Source: Verrucomicrobiota bacterium
GTDB taxonomy: Bacteria > Verrucomicrobiota > Verrucomicrobiia > Limisphaerales > CANJSG01
NCBI GenBank assembly: GCA_038209745.1
Contig: JBBQXJ010000039.1
Location: 1-41,995, forward strand
Direction of reading: 5' to 3'
Length of the DNA stretch: 41,995 nt
Shown here: one piece after another, positions 1-9,046 of the stretch
How the letters are laid out: every line of letters starts with the position of its first letter
How positions within the stretch are numbered: the first letter of the stretch is position 1
Position numbers and translations under genes: made by a program
Notes under the pieces: generated by a model
What the model was told of the DNA's origin: nothing
Databases searched by the model: none
What the model saw: only the letters and a program-made list of their open reading frames with translations

Positions 1-140
1 GGCTCAACAGTGTTTTCAGCGCCGTGAAGCGCAAAGCGCGCGGCTATCGCAGCAGCGTCCACATGATCGCCATGCTCTACTTCGTCGCCGGCAAACTTGC
101 TATACCCACCCTCCCCAGCCACCGAAAGTAGCGAGGAACC
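1..140 (+). mobile_element. Right end of an ISL3-family insertion sequence (transposase C-terminus plus terminal inverted repeat)
   Basis: Frame 3 (3..131) reads LNSVFSAVKRKARGYRSSVHMIAMLYFVAGKLAIPTLPSHRK*, the typical ISL3 C-terminal KRxARGYR motif. It ends ...gcgaggaacc at 140 (GGTTC-type end on the minus strand), followed by an AT-rich target-like aaaaacaatt. Confidence 0.85.
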
Positions 141-162
141 AAAAACAATTGGAATCCGCCCT

Positions 163-248
163 GCCACACCATCTCCACTGGGCCCTTGGGCAGGGTGTCG
201 AGGAAGAGCTTGCCGTAGCGTTTGGTCAGGACTTGGTTGCCGAGGAGG
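163..248. repeat. Degenerate direct-repeat copy of the dinG 3' end (partner 973..1058)
   Basis: Ungapped 86-bp alignment at offset 810 with 8 mismatches. The dinG stop TAG is TGG in this copy. Confidence 0.92.
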
Positions 249-254
249 CAGCGG

Positions 255-656
255 TCACGACTCGACCACACCGGTGAAGTAGCGTTGGGGAAACCCGGAA
301 AGCCCCTTCAACACAATGTCGGTGTGGAGCAGCGTCAGATCCTCGGTCTTGGCGAGGGCCGCGGAAATCCGGTCCCACGGGTCGCGATGATCCCAGCTCC
401 ACCGGGCGGCCTTTCGGGCGGCGGCAAAGGTCAACTCAGCCACATGGAAGCCCGCGACCACTTGCTCGCGGCAGCCGGAGATGTTCGGTTCAACCAGTAT
501 GCCCAGGACGATCTTGCGTTCGATCTCCATCACGCTGAGCGGCGAGAGCCACAGGTCTAAGCGGTTTTGATCCAGCAACCGGACCGCTTTGGGGTCCAAC
601 GGTCCGCTGGTGACGAAACGCCACCAGGCACTGGTGTCCAGGAGATAGCGGGCCAC
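255..656 (-). CDS. vapC: PIN-domain (VapC-type) toxin
   Basis: YLLDTS N-terminus, SPLSVMEI, HRDPWDR and LLHTD motifs; the acidic PIN residues are intact. Confidence 0.88.
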   Translation of the reverse strand: MARYLLDTSAWWRFVTSGPLDPKAVRLLDQNRLDLWLSPLSVMEIERKIVLGILVEPNISGCREQVVAGFHVAELTFAAARKAARWSWDHRDPWDRISAALAKTEDLTLLHTDIVLKGLSGFPQRYFTGVVES

Positions 657-659
657 GCG

Positions 660-881
660 TCAACGTTCTTCCTGCCATTCATCCAACGGCCGTTCCAGTT
701 CGGCCCAATCCGTTCCAGGCACGCATCCCTTGGGCAGCGGCACGGGCCCCGACGGATTGACCGCGACCAGCTTCACGGTCGGCTGGCCATTTTAGAGGCT
801 GATCTCCACGACCTCGCCGTTCTCGGCCAAACGGATCAGTTCGCAGAACCGGGCCCGTGCTTCCGCAACGCTCACAGTCAT
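660..881 (-). pseudogene. Phd/YefM-type antitoxin interrupted by an in-frame TAA (792..794)
   Basis: MTVSVAEARARFCELIRLAENGEVVEISL*NGQPTVKLVAVNPSG...ERPLDEWQEER*. The Phd signature continues in the same frame across the stop and ends 3 bp before the toxin start. Confidence 0.82.
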
Positions 882-886
882 GGACA

Positions 887-904
887 CCATCTTGCACAGG
901 ATGG
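887..904. promoter_or_regulatory. Putative toxin-antitoxin autoregulatory operator palindrome
   Basis: CCATCTTG-ca-CAGGATGG (7/8 inverted match) directly upstream of the antitoxin ATG. Confidence 0.45.
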
Positions 905-973
905 AATTCCCGGCAACGCAGGCGGCAGGCCGCTTTGAGGGATCACCGGCGGACTCCCGTTTGCCGCTCCGGG

Positions 974-3079
974 CTACACCGTCTCCACCGGGCACTTGGG
1001 CAGGGCGTCGAGGAAGAGCTTGCCGTAGCGTTTGGTCAGGACGCGGTTGTCGAGGAGGACCACGATGCCGACGTCGCTCTTGGTCCGGATGAGGCGGCCG
1101 ACGCCTTGGCGCAGCTTGAGGATCGCCTCGGGCACGGAGAATTCCATGAAAGAATTGCCGCCGCGCGCCTCGATGTCCTCGATGCGGGCCTCGATCAACG
1201 GATGGTCCGGCACGGCGAAGGGCAGGCGGGTGATGATGACGTTGCTCAGGGCTTCGCCGGGAACGTCGACGCCCTGCCAGAAGCTGTCGGTGCCGAAGAG
1301 CACGCTGTCCACGTTCTCCTTGAACCGCTCCAGCATGGTGTGGCGCGGGACGCCCTTGCCCTGCACGAAGACCTCCAGGCCCATCTTGTCGAAGATCGGC
1401 TCCATGATGCCGGCGACGTCGTGCATCAGCCGCGTGCTGGTGAAGAGGACGAAGGCCTTGCCATGGGTCAAACCGACGAAGTGCTGGATCCACGTGACCA
1501 GTTCGCGTTGATAGGCCGCTTCGCGCGGGTCGGGCATCTTGGCCGCCACGTAGATCTTCATCTGCCGTTCGTAGTCGAAGGGCGACCCGAGCTGGAGCAC
1601 CCGGGCGGATTCGGCGCCGACCCGGCGGACGACATAGTTCATGCCCTGCTCGATCACGCGGACGGGCCGGGCGCGGCCGGAGTCGTCGGGCAATTCACGC
1701 GACTCGGCGGTGGAAAGCGTGGCGCTGGTCAGGATGACGGAGGTGTCGGAGGCGAAGAGGCGGCGCCGGAGGAAGTCGGCGACGTTCACGGGCGCGGCGT
1801 TGAGCGTGATGTTGCGCTGGGTGCGCCCGCCGCGATCGACCCAATAGACGTGCTGGTCGGCTTCCTGGCTGAGGAAGGTGGCGATGGCTTCGCGGAGCTC
1901 GGACAGCTTGCGGTTGCACTCCATCAGCTCCTGGCCGATCTCGCTGTCCTCCGATTCCTTGATGAGCGCGCCGACGGCTTCGCGCAGGCGCTGGATGTGG
2001 AGGGTGATGTTGTCCTCGACGAGATCCGGCTGGCGCACGCGCAGCTCGGTCCATTGGCGCGACTCGCGTTTCGGCGCGGTCTCGGACTGATTCTGCGCGA
2101 GGTCGTCGCAGCGCTGTTCGACGGCGTGGAAGAAATCGTCGGCCTCCTGGAGCAGGCCGGCGGCGAGGCGCACGCTGTCGCCTTGGCGCAAGGCGGCGAG
2201 CAGGCCTTTCTCGGTCTTGGGATTCCACAGGCGATTGAGCGCGAACCGCACCTGCCCGCTGGAAACGCTGAGGCCGATGTGGCGCGAGGCGACCTGCTCG
2301 ACGGTGTGGGCTTCGTCGAAGATGACGAAGTCGTTCTTGAAGAGCACGCCGCCCTCGCCCGCTTCGTCCGTGGTGCCGAGCAGCGTGAAGAACAACGTAT
2401 GGTTCACCACCAACACGTCGGCGTTGAGGATGCGTTGGCGAACCTTCTGGAAGAAACAGACGCCATGATCCTTGGCGAAATCCGACTGCAGGCCGCAGAC
2501 CTTGGGCGAACAGAGGCCACGCTCGGAACAGACGTGCTGCCAGACCCTTGGATCGGGCTCGATGGAGAAGTCCGACAGGCTGCCGTCCTCGGTCTGCTTG
2601 GACCAGTCCCAGATGCGCTTGAGCTCGGCGGATTCGGGCGAGGTGAAGAGACTGTCGGTCTGGACCATCGCCTTGTGGAGCCGGCGGGTGCAGAGGTAGT
2701 TCTGCCGGCCCTTGAGCATGGTGTAGTTGAACTTCACCGGCAGCACGGCGGCGAGCATCGGGAGATCCTTCTGCGTGAGCTGCTCCTGGAGATTGATCGT
2801 GTGGGTGGAGATGATGGCCTTCTTGCCCTGGGCCACGGCGAAGAGGATCGCGGGGATCAGGTAGCCGAGGCTTTTGCCCACGCCGGTGCCGGCTTCGACG
2901 ACGAGGTGGTCGCGCTTCTCCAGCGCCTGGGCGACGGCCACCGCCATCTCCTGTTGCTGGGGGCGATACTCGAAGTTGCTGGCCCGCGACAGGAGGCCGT
3001 CGGGCGAAAAGATGGCGGCGACCTGCTGGGCGAGGTCGGAGGCGTTTCCGGCGGCGGAGGGTTCGGCAAAGCTGATCAC
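974..3079 (-). CDS. dinG: DinG/YoaA-family ATP-dependent helicase
   Basis: EAGTGVGKS Walker A, KGRQNYLC, Fe-S cysteines (CSERGLCSPKVC...CFF), DEAH, QGVGRLIR and LLDNRV. Confidence 0.93.
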   Translation of the reverse strand: MISFAEPSAAGNASDLAQQVAAIFSPDGLLSRASNFEYRPQQQEMAVAVAQALEKRDHLVVEAGTGVGKSLGYLIPAILFAVAQGKKAIISTHTINLQEQLTQKDLPMLAAVLPVKFNYTMLKGRQNYLCTRRLHKAMVQTDSLFTSPESAELKRIWDWSKQTEDGSLSDFSIEPDPRVWQHVCSERGLCSPKVCGLQSDFAKDHGVCFFQKVRQRILNADVLVVNHTLFFTLLGTTDEAGEGGVLFKNDFVIFDEAHTVEQVASRHIGLSVSSGQVRFALNRLWNPKTEKGLLAALRQGDSVRLAAGLLQEADDFFHAVEQRCDDLAQNQSETAPKRESRQWTELRVRQPDLVEDNITLHIQRLREAVGALIKESEDSEIGQELMECNRKLSELREAIATFLSQEADQHVYWVDRGGRTQRNITLNAAPVNVADFLRRRLFASDTSVILTSATLSTAESRELPDDSGRARPVRVIEQGMNYVVRRVGAESARVLQLGSPFDYERQMKIYVAAKMPDPREAAYQRELVTWIQHFVGLTHGKAFVLFTSTRLMHDVAGIMEPIFDKMGLEVFVQGKGVPRHTMLERFKENVDSVLFGTDSFWQGVDVPGEALSNVIITRLPFAVPDHPLIEARIEDIEARGGNSFMEFSVPEAILKLRQGVGRLIRTKSDVGIVVLLDNRVLTKRYGKLFLDALPKCPVETV

Positions 3080-3852
3080 GGCGCGATTTCGCCGAGGTTA
3101 TCCGGCTTTTTCTCCGACGGAAGCAAGTCCCCGACGGAAAGCGTGCCGGCGATCACCCCCAGCGGTGGTCCGAGGATCCAGCCGATCACGGGCACAAAGG
3201 TGAGCAGCACGAAGCCCGCGCCCATTCCCACCGCACGACCCCGGTGCCGCCAGGCGAAACGGAAGCTGCCCACGACTCCGAAACCGCGCCGTTCCAGCGC
3301 AGGATCCAAGAATCCCTGGCCCGCGAGAAACATTTGGCTGAGCGGCAGCAAGACCAGCATGAGAAGTCCGCCGATCACGGGGATGAGCAGAAGCATCCAG
3401 CAGAGGACCAGGCTGGCGAGTTCGAGGGACAAACTCAGCAAGCTGACCGAGGTTCCGCGAACGGCCGATTCGAACAGGCTCACCTTTGGCTCCGGACAGA
3501 AGCGATCCGGAAACCCCGCCTGTTCCGTCCGCACCGACATGGTTCCCAGCACCGGGGAATAGAGGATCATGACGATGCTGCGGTAGAGGTTGAACCCGAG
3601 GTAGAGCGCCGCGACCCAAAGGATCGCCAAGACCAGCCAACGGACGACGCCGACATCCAGCGCGCCGGGCAGCCAGTGATCGGTGACATAGGCGGCCGCC
3701 GCGCCGAGAAACGTCCAGCCGACGAACAGCAACACGGGCACATAGGCCAGGCTCAAGAGGCCGGGAACGACCACGAGAGGCCAGATCCGCGCTTGTCCAA
3801 GCAGCGGAAGTCCCCGGTAAAACTGGCGGAAGCCGTTCCAAATGGAGTTCAT
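3076..3852 (-). CDS. EI24/CysZ-like membrane protein
   Basis: Several transmembrane segments, SPVLGTMSVRTE, FLDPALERRG and VPVIGWILGP. Overlaps the dinG start by 4 bp. Confidence 0.7.
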   Translation of the reverse strand: MNSIWNGFRQFYRGLPLLGQARIWPLVVVPGLLSLAYVPVLLFVGWTFLGAAAAYVTDHWLPGALDVGVVRWLVLAILWVAALYLGFNLYRSIVMILYSPVLGTMSVRTEQAGFPDRFCPEPKVSLFESAVRGTSVSLLSLSLELASLVLCWMLLLIPVIGGLLMLVLLPLSQMFLAGQGFLDPALERRGFGVVGSFRFAWRHRGRAVGMGAGFVLLTFVPVIGWILGPPLGVIAGTLSVGDLLPSEKKPDNLGEIAP

Positions 3853-3945
3853 CCGGCCAGCAGTTTGGGCCGTCGAACGGATTGCTGCAAAGCAAGGAGA
3901 CGATGGAAGGGTTCGCGACCGCCCTCTCTGGCCTTCGATTCCCTT

Positions 3946-3980
3946 AAAAAAAGAGGAGCGCGCCTCACGGCTCGTTCCCT
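3946..3980 (-). terminator. Probable intrinsic terminator of the 1080-aa gene
   Basis: Minus strand agggaacgagcc-gtga-ggcgcgctcctc followed by T7, about 30 bp after the stop at 4013. Confidence 0.55.
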
Positions 3981-4012
3981 TGGCTTTGCATTGGATTCCT
4001 GGCGGATCGCTC

Positions 4013-7000
4013 TCAGCGAACGCGATAGAAACGCGCGGCCTGGCTGGCGGGGATGGAATACGGATTGGCGGGTCCGGTCAGGGTTTGCCAAGGACCGGTC
4101 ACTGCGGGGGCTTCCTGCAAATTGCCGGAGCCGCCCCAGTTGATGATGGCGTTGCCGCCGTTCAGCTGCACGCCGATCGTGATGTCCATCGTCGGCGGCA
4201 GGGCGGAAAGCGGCACGTAGGCTTCCACTTGGCCCAGGCCGTTTTCGTTGACCAGGAGACGTCCGCCCGTGGGGGTGACGATGACCCACTCGAGGCTCGC
4301 GGCGCCGCCGGCGTTGTAATAGAGGACCCGGAACGGATAGAGCCCGGCCTTGGTGACCAAGAAGTCGGTGAACCACGGCGCGTCGTCGCCGCCGCAGTTC
4401 GTGCAGGGGGTGAACGTTTCCGGCAGCTCGGTTTCCTGGTTCGCCGGACCCGCGAAGAGTCTGAACCCATCCTGCATCGTGATGTTCATGTGGTAATACC
4501 CGGGCTGCAGATACAGCAGGGTCGTCGCCTGGATCGCGAACTGTTCACCGGGCTGGCCGCTGCCGGCGATGCCGGGGAACTTGCGGTCGCCGGACTTGCC
4601 GCCGATCGGGGTGCCGTCGATCTGGTAGTTGAGGGTGTCGCCCTCGATGTAGTAGCCCAGCGAGTTCAACAGGCCCAGATCGATGAGGTTGGTGAAAGTC
4701 TGGCCGAAGATGGCTGCCGCCTCGCCGATCGAGGTGATGAACAACCCGCCGTTGGGATCGGGCGCTGCGATCTTCAGCGCAAATCCCCGGGAGGTGTATT
4801 TCGCCGAATCGTAGGGGACGGCGATTTGTTCGGGCAGCGTTGGAAAGCCGCTGTAGTCGAGCACCTGGAACGTCCAGTGGTTGGTATAGGGGGTTGCTGC
4901 GGGGCTGTCGTCCGTGAACGACAGGCTCGCTTCATGGGTGGACGACGAGGCCAACATCGCCGGGAAGGCGTAGTTCATGATCGTCGAGGTGTCGTTGGTA
5001 GTGACGAGCGGCGTGACGCTCGCGCCGTCCACTTTGAGTTTGATCGAATCCCGGTTGACCGCGTGGTCGCCGTTCTTGAGCACCACGAGAATCGGGGTGT
5101 TGGGATGCACGTTGATCTGGTTCGCGGCCGGGACCACGCTGGAGAAGTTGATCGGCTTCGCGCCGCCGCCGCCGGAGGTCAGTTGCTCGGCCAGCAGGAA
5201 CACGCCACCCGCGTAGCCTTTGTAGGAGTTTGCGCCGGGAAGGCCCCCGTTCGCCTCGCCCACGGTGTGGCTCGTGCGAATGGTGAAGGTGCCATCGGCG
5301 CCCGGAGCGATGTCCGCCCATCGCGCCACGTATCCACTCGGATTGTCACCGGTGCTGAACTCGACCGAGTCCTCGGCCACCTTCTTGGTCCCGGTGGAAC
5401 TGGCGGAGGTGAAGGTGTCCGCATCGAGGATCTTCCAGTTGGTGACACGGTCCGCATAGCCGGCGCCGCCATTGCGGTTGGCCGTTCCAACGAACGTGTA
5501 GCGTTTCGCCGGATCCAGTCCTCTGAAGGTCAGGTTCACATACCAGCCCGGCGAATCGCCGTAGCTGATGTTGCCGGCGAGATCGACGATGCCGCCAAAG
5601 TAGCTCTCGGCTTCGGAACCGGGCGTGTAGGTGGCGGCGTCACCGGCGGAGTTCACGCTGCCCGTGGAGATGTGCTCGACGTAGGTCGCCGTTGCCGCGA
5701 CATCGCCGCCTGTCGCGAGATTCTTGAGTGGGCCTGTTCCGGCCTGGCCTTCGAAGCCGCGACCCAAGCCGTAGGTCGTCACGAAATCGGACTCGACCTG
5801 ACCCGACTTGAACGCGCTGTCGTTGTAGGACACCCAGCGGTAGTTGCCGGGCGGCTGCATCCGCAGCATGAACACGCCACCTCCGTAGCCCTTGTAGGAA
5901 TTGGCCCCGGGAAGGCCGCCGTTCGCCTCGCCCACGGTATGGCTCGTGCGGATCACGATCTTGCCGTCGCTGCCGGGCTGGATGTCGGTCCAGCGCGCCA
6001 CGTATCCGTTCGGATTGTCGCCGGTGCTGAACTCGACCGAATCCTCCGCCACCTTGTGCGTGCCGGCGGAACTCGCATACGTCGCCGCCGCCGCGCCGAT
6101 GAGCTTCCAGTTGGTCACACGGTCCGCATAGCCGGCGCCGCCGCCGCGATTGGCCGTGCCCACGAAGATGTATCTCCTGGTCGGATCGAGACCGCTCAAA
6201 ACGAGGTCCACATACCAGCCGGGCGAATCTCCGTAGCTGATGTTGCCCGCGAGATCGACCTTGCCCTGGAACACGGCGGCGGCGTCCGTGCCGGCCACGT
6301 AGTCCGCGAAGTCACCGGCCGAGTTCACGCTCCCGGTCGACATGTGTTCCTCATAGGTCGCCGTGACCAGCGTGTTCGAACCGGTCGAAATGACCTTGAG
6401 ATTCCCTCGGGTGCCGGAGCCTTCGAAACTGCGGCCGATGCCGATGGTGGTGGCGTTGTCCGACTCGATCTGGACGGCCTTGTAGGCGCTGTCGTTGAAG
6501 GCCTCCCAGTTTTCCTCCTGTTCCGCGACGAGGAAGACGCCACCCGCGTAGCCTTTGTAGGAGTTTGCGCCGGGAATGCCCCCGTTCGCCTCACCGACCG
6601 TGTGGCTGGTCCGGATGGTGATCGTTCCATCGGCTCCCGCGCGGATATCGGTCCAGCGCGCGACCAATCCATTGGGATTGTCGCCGGTGCTGAATTCAAC
6701 CGAGTCGTTCCCCACCTTTTGCGCGCCGGGCGAACTGGCGTAGGTCGCGGAATCCGCGCCCATGAGCTTCCAATTGGTCACCCGGTCCGCGTAGCCGGCG
6801 CCACCACTGCGGTTGGCGGTGCCGACGAAGGTGTATTTCTTCCCCGGAGCGAGACCGGAGATGGTGAGGTCCACATACCAGCCCGGCGAGTCGCCGTAGC
6901 TGATGTTGCCGGCGATGTCGGCCTTGCCGTCGAAAATCGCTTCGGCGTCGGTGTCGGCCGAGTAGGTGGCGGCGTCACCGGCGGAGTTCACGCTGCCCGT

Positions 7001-7255
7001 CGACATGTGCTCCTCGTAGGTCACGATCGCGGACGTGTCCTCGCTCGTGGCGAAGTTCTTTAGCGCCCCGGTGTTCCCTTGCCCGACAAAGCTCCGCCCG
7101 AGCCCGTAGGTGGTCGTGTTGTCGGCGTTGGTCTGGCCGCTCTTATAGGCGCTGTCGTTGTAGGCGATCCAGCCGGCTTCGACGCGTGGGGCGAGCATGG
7201 CGCCTGCGGCGAGCAACCCGAGGGCAAACAAGGGGAAACGGAATCTGTATTTCAT
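4013..7255 (-). CDS. Large secreted/surface protein: signal peptide, 3 tandem ~222-aa repeats, Ig-like domain, PA14-like domain, verrucomicrobial-type C-terminal domain
   Basis: Signal peptide MKYRFRFPLFALGLLAAGAMLAPRVEA; three repeats; GLYPFRVLYYNAGGAASLEW (PA14-like); C-terminus LQEAPAVTGPWQTL...ARFYRVR. Confidence 0.85.
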   Translation of the reverse strand: MKYRFRFPLFALGLLAAGAMLAPRVEAGWIAYNDSAYKSGQTNADNTTTYGLGRSFVGQGNTGALKNFATSEDTSAIVTYEEHMSTGSVNSAGDAATYSADTDAEAIFDGKADIAGNISYGDSPGWYVDLTISGLAPGKKYTFVGTANRSGGAGYADRVTNWKLMGADSATYASSPGAQKVGNDSVEFSTGDNPNGLVARWTDIRAGADGTITIRTSHTVGEANGGIPGANSYKGYAGGVFLVAEQEENWEAFNDSAYKAVQIESDNATTIGIGRSFEGSGTRGNLKVISTGSNTLVTATYEEHMSTGSVNSAGDFADYVAGTDAAAVFQGKVDLAGNISYGDSPGWYVDLVLSGLDPTRRYIFVGTANRGGGAGYADRVTNWKLIGAAAATYASSAGTHKVAEDSVEFSTGDNPNGYVARWTDIQPGSDGKIVIRTSHTVGEANGGLPGANSYKGYGGGVFMLRMQPPGNYRWVSYNDSAFKSGQVESDFVTTYGLGRGFEGQAGTGPLKNLATGGDVAATATYVEHISTGSVNSAGDAATYTPGSEAESYFGGIVDLAGNISYGDSPGWYVNLTFRGLDPAKRYTFVGTANRNGGAGYADRVTNWKILDADTFTSASSTGTKKVAEDSVEFSTGDNPSGYVARWADIAPGADGTFTIRTSHTVGEANGGLPGANSYKGYAGGVFLLAEQLTSGGGGAKPINFSSVVPAANQINVHPNTPILVVLKNGDHAVNRDSIKLKVDGASVTPLVTTNDTSTIMNYAFPAMLASSSTHEASLSFTDDSPAATPYTNHWTFQVLDYSGFPTLPEQIAVPYDSAKYTSRGFALKIAAPDPNGGLFITSIGEAAAIFGQTFTNLIDLGLLNSLGYYIEGDTLNYQIDGTPIGGKSGDRKFPGIAGSGQPGEQFAIQATTLLYLQPGYYHMNITMQDGFRLFAGPANQETELPETFTPCTNCGGDDAPWFTDFLVTKAGLYPFRVLYYNAGGAASLEWVIVTPTGGRLLVNENGLGQVEAYVPLSALPPTMDITIGVQLNGGNAIINWGGSGNLQEAPAVTGPWQTLTGPANPYSIPASQAARFYRVR
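5181..7171 (-). repeat. Three intragenic tandem repeats (units begin at about 7171, 6508 and 5836)
   Basis: Motifs GSVNSAGD, AGNISYGDSPGWYV, GGAGYADRVTNWK, SVEFSTGDNP and SHTVGEANGGxPGANSYKGY each recur three times; spacing is 663 and 672 bp. Confidence 0.93.
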
Positions 7256-7461
7256 GGTTCACCGATATGGTGACGATCTCGCCTTGTGCTCACCAAGCGC
7301 GTCCAAAGATCTGTCCCTTTCACACTCTCAATCGAAAACCGTGTCGGATAAATCCCCCCATTCTGGGCGAGGCGAAACCAATCTCAACAAGCTCGCTGTG
7401 GGAAAGAGGGCTCCGGGAGGTCTCTCCAGAGGGAGCGGGCGACGCAAGAAGGCGATTTGGA

Positions 7462-8121
7462 TCAAGATCGTGGACGCGGCCGAGATTCGGGCACGGTCGC
7501 GACGAAGTTCGTCCGGAGCAGCAATTCCGGGAGGGTCATTACGCGGACGGAGGCACAATCGGGCTGCCAGTGGATCCGGCCATCCAGCCCGATCCCGAGG
7601 ACGGTGCCGACGAGCGAACCGCGGATCGTGCGGACGCGGTCGCCCGGCTCCGGGCAGATGGGGCGCCACATCGTTTCGACGATCTCCACCATGGCCGCGC
7701 GTTCCATCAGTCCGGCGACGTAGCGGACGATCGCGGTGACCGTTTCGCGGCGACGCAGCACCGGCAGGGAGGCGAACACCCGCCCGCCCAGGTTCCGGCT
7801 GATGTGCGAGAAGGTGGATTCGTTGAAGAAGAAGAACGGCTCGCGCCGATGGCAGCGCAGCAGGTGCTCCAGGACTTCCATCAGGCTGAGCGGACAGGCG
7901 CGGCACATCTCCCATTCGGCGGCGACCCGTGGATGGCTCCGGGGATTGAGCCCGTGCTGGGCGCTGCCTTTCCGACAAAGGTGTTGGTTGGCGGCGGTGA
8001 CGGCGCTCCAATCCCACGAGGCGATGTGGCGATCCATCTGCGCGAGCGGCGACGCGGCGACGGAGGACGGGGATTCAGATTGGGGCGGAGGTTCGATCAT
8101 CCGCCGAAATGAATACCCCAA
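7462..8121 (-). CDS. Hypothetical protein, possibly a divergent Fic/Doc-like domain plus a C-terminal KOW/SH3-like module (start uncertain)
   Basis: Helical region ending CHRREPFFFFNESTF; C-terminal PGDRVRTIRGSLVGTVLGIGLDGRIHWQPD. Confidence 0.55.
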   Translation of the reverse strand: MGYSFRRMIEPPPQSESPSSVAASPLAQMDRHIASWDWSAVTAANQHLCRKGSAQHGLNPRSHPRVAAEWEMCRACPLSLMEVLEHLLRCHRREPFFFFNESTFSHISRNLGGRVFASLPVLRRRETVTAIVRYVAGLMERAAMVEIVETMWRPICPEPGDRVRTIRGSLVGTVLGIGLDGRIHWQPDCASVRVMTLPELLLRTNFVATVPESRPRPRS

Positions 8122-8150
8122 GAAGAATGACGCGCCAGCGAATGTCGCGA

Positions 8151-8336
8151 CGTAGCGCGGTCGTCACGGCTGCGGGTTCCCGAAGCGTCTCGTTCCGGGT
8201 GCGGACAGCGCCCGACTTTCTTCGGACCCGCAGTGATCGGAGACGTGCTCCAGCGCAACCGCTCTGATACGTCCGCGGTGGGGAGGCCCAAGCGGCAAGA
8301 TGCCGCTGGAACCCGACTACTTGACAGCGGACAACT
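8151..8336. repeat. Degenerate intergenic GTAG-type REP/REPIN-like element
   Basis: Left cgtagcgcggtcgtcacggctgcgggttcc; right agcggcaagatgccgct palindrome followed by ggaacccg...ctac. Confidence 0.45.
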
Positions 8337-9015
8337 ACCTTGGCCGCCGCTCGGTGATCTCCAGTTCCGCCCGGTTCTTCACCACCCGATCGGCGGGAAG
8401 GATGCCGCGCCAGTTCACGTTGGGATACACGAGCGAGCGGCGGCCGAGGATGGTGCCGGGATTGAGGACGCTGTTGCAGCCGGCTTCGGCGAAGTCGCCG
8501 ATCAGGGCGCCGAACTTCCGCAGGCCGGTGTCGATCTTCTGTCCGTCGTGATCAAGGACGACGTTGCCGGGGGTGAGCTTGAGGTTGGAGATCTTCACCC
8601 CGGCGCCGAGGTGGACCTTGTGGCCGAGGATGGAGTCGCCCACGTAGTTGAAGTGCGGCACCTGGGCGCCGTTGAAGAGGAGGGAGTTTTTCAGCTCGCT
8701 GGAGTTTCCCACCATACAGTTGTCGCCGATGACGACGTTCTCGCGAAGGTAGGCGCCGTGGCGGATCTCGCAGTTTTTCCCGATCCAGGCGGGGCCTTTG
8801 ATCATGGCGCCGTCTTCTACCACGGTGCCTTCGCCGATGAACACCCGGTCGCCGATCCAAGCGCGGCCGTCGCAACGGTTCTTCAGTTCGGGGCGGAGAT
8901 GTTCCAGGAGATAGTCGCGGAGACGCCCGAGAACCTCCCAGGCGTGGGTGGTTCCATCGAACAGACGGGCGTGCTCCGTCTGGGCAAGGTCGAAGAGGTC
9001 GGCGGCGGCGAACAT
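8335..9015 (-). CDS. GlmU-related hexapeptide-repeat (left-handed beta-helix) transferase
   Basis: IGEGTVVEDGAMIKGPAWIGKNCEIRHGAYLR, HFNYVGDSILG, LRKFGALIGD. Confidence 0.85.
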   Translation of the reverse strand: MFAAADLFDLAQTEHARLFDGTTHAWEVLGRLRDYLLEHLRPELKNRCDGRAWIGDRVFIGEGTVVEDGAMIKGPAWIGKNCEIRHGAYLRENVVIGDNCMVGNSSELKNSLLFNGAQVPHFNYVGDSILGHKVHLGAGVKISNLKLTPGNVVLDHDGQKIDTGLRKFGALIGDFAEAGCNSVLNPGTILGRRSLVYPNVNWRGILPADRVVKNRAELEITERRPR

Positions 9016-9046
9016 GGCCGCAGCCTAGGAGCGGGCGGGGCCGGGC

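Noticed and set aside
163..1058. Diversity-generating retroelement TR/VR pair (repeat of a gene's 3' end)
   Set aside because: The 8 mismatches are not adenine-specific in either copy, and there is no reverse transcriptase in the window.
974..3079. dinG as a type IV CRISPR or defence-associated helicase
   Set aside because: No cas genes or array nearby; it looks like the housekeeping Fe-S DinG/YoaA.
857..7063. Very long plus-strand ORFs (857..3562 and 3842..7063)
   Set aside because: They are antisense shadows of dinG and the 1080-aa gene, as expected from high-GC codon bias, and carry no motifs.
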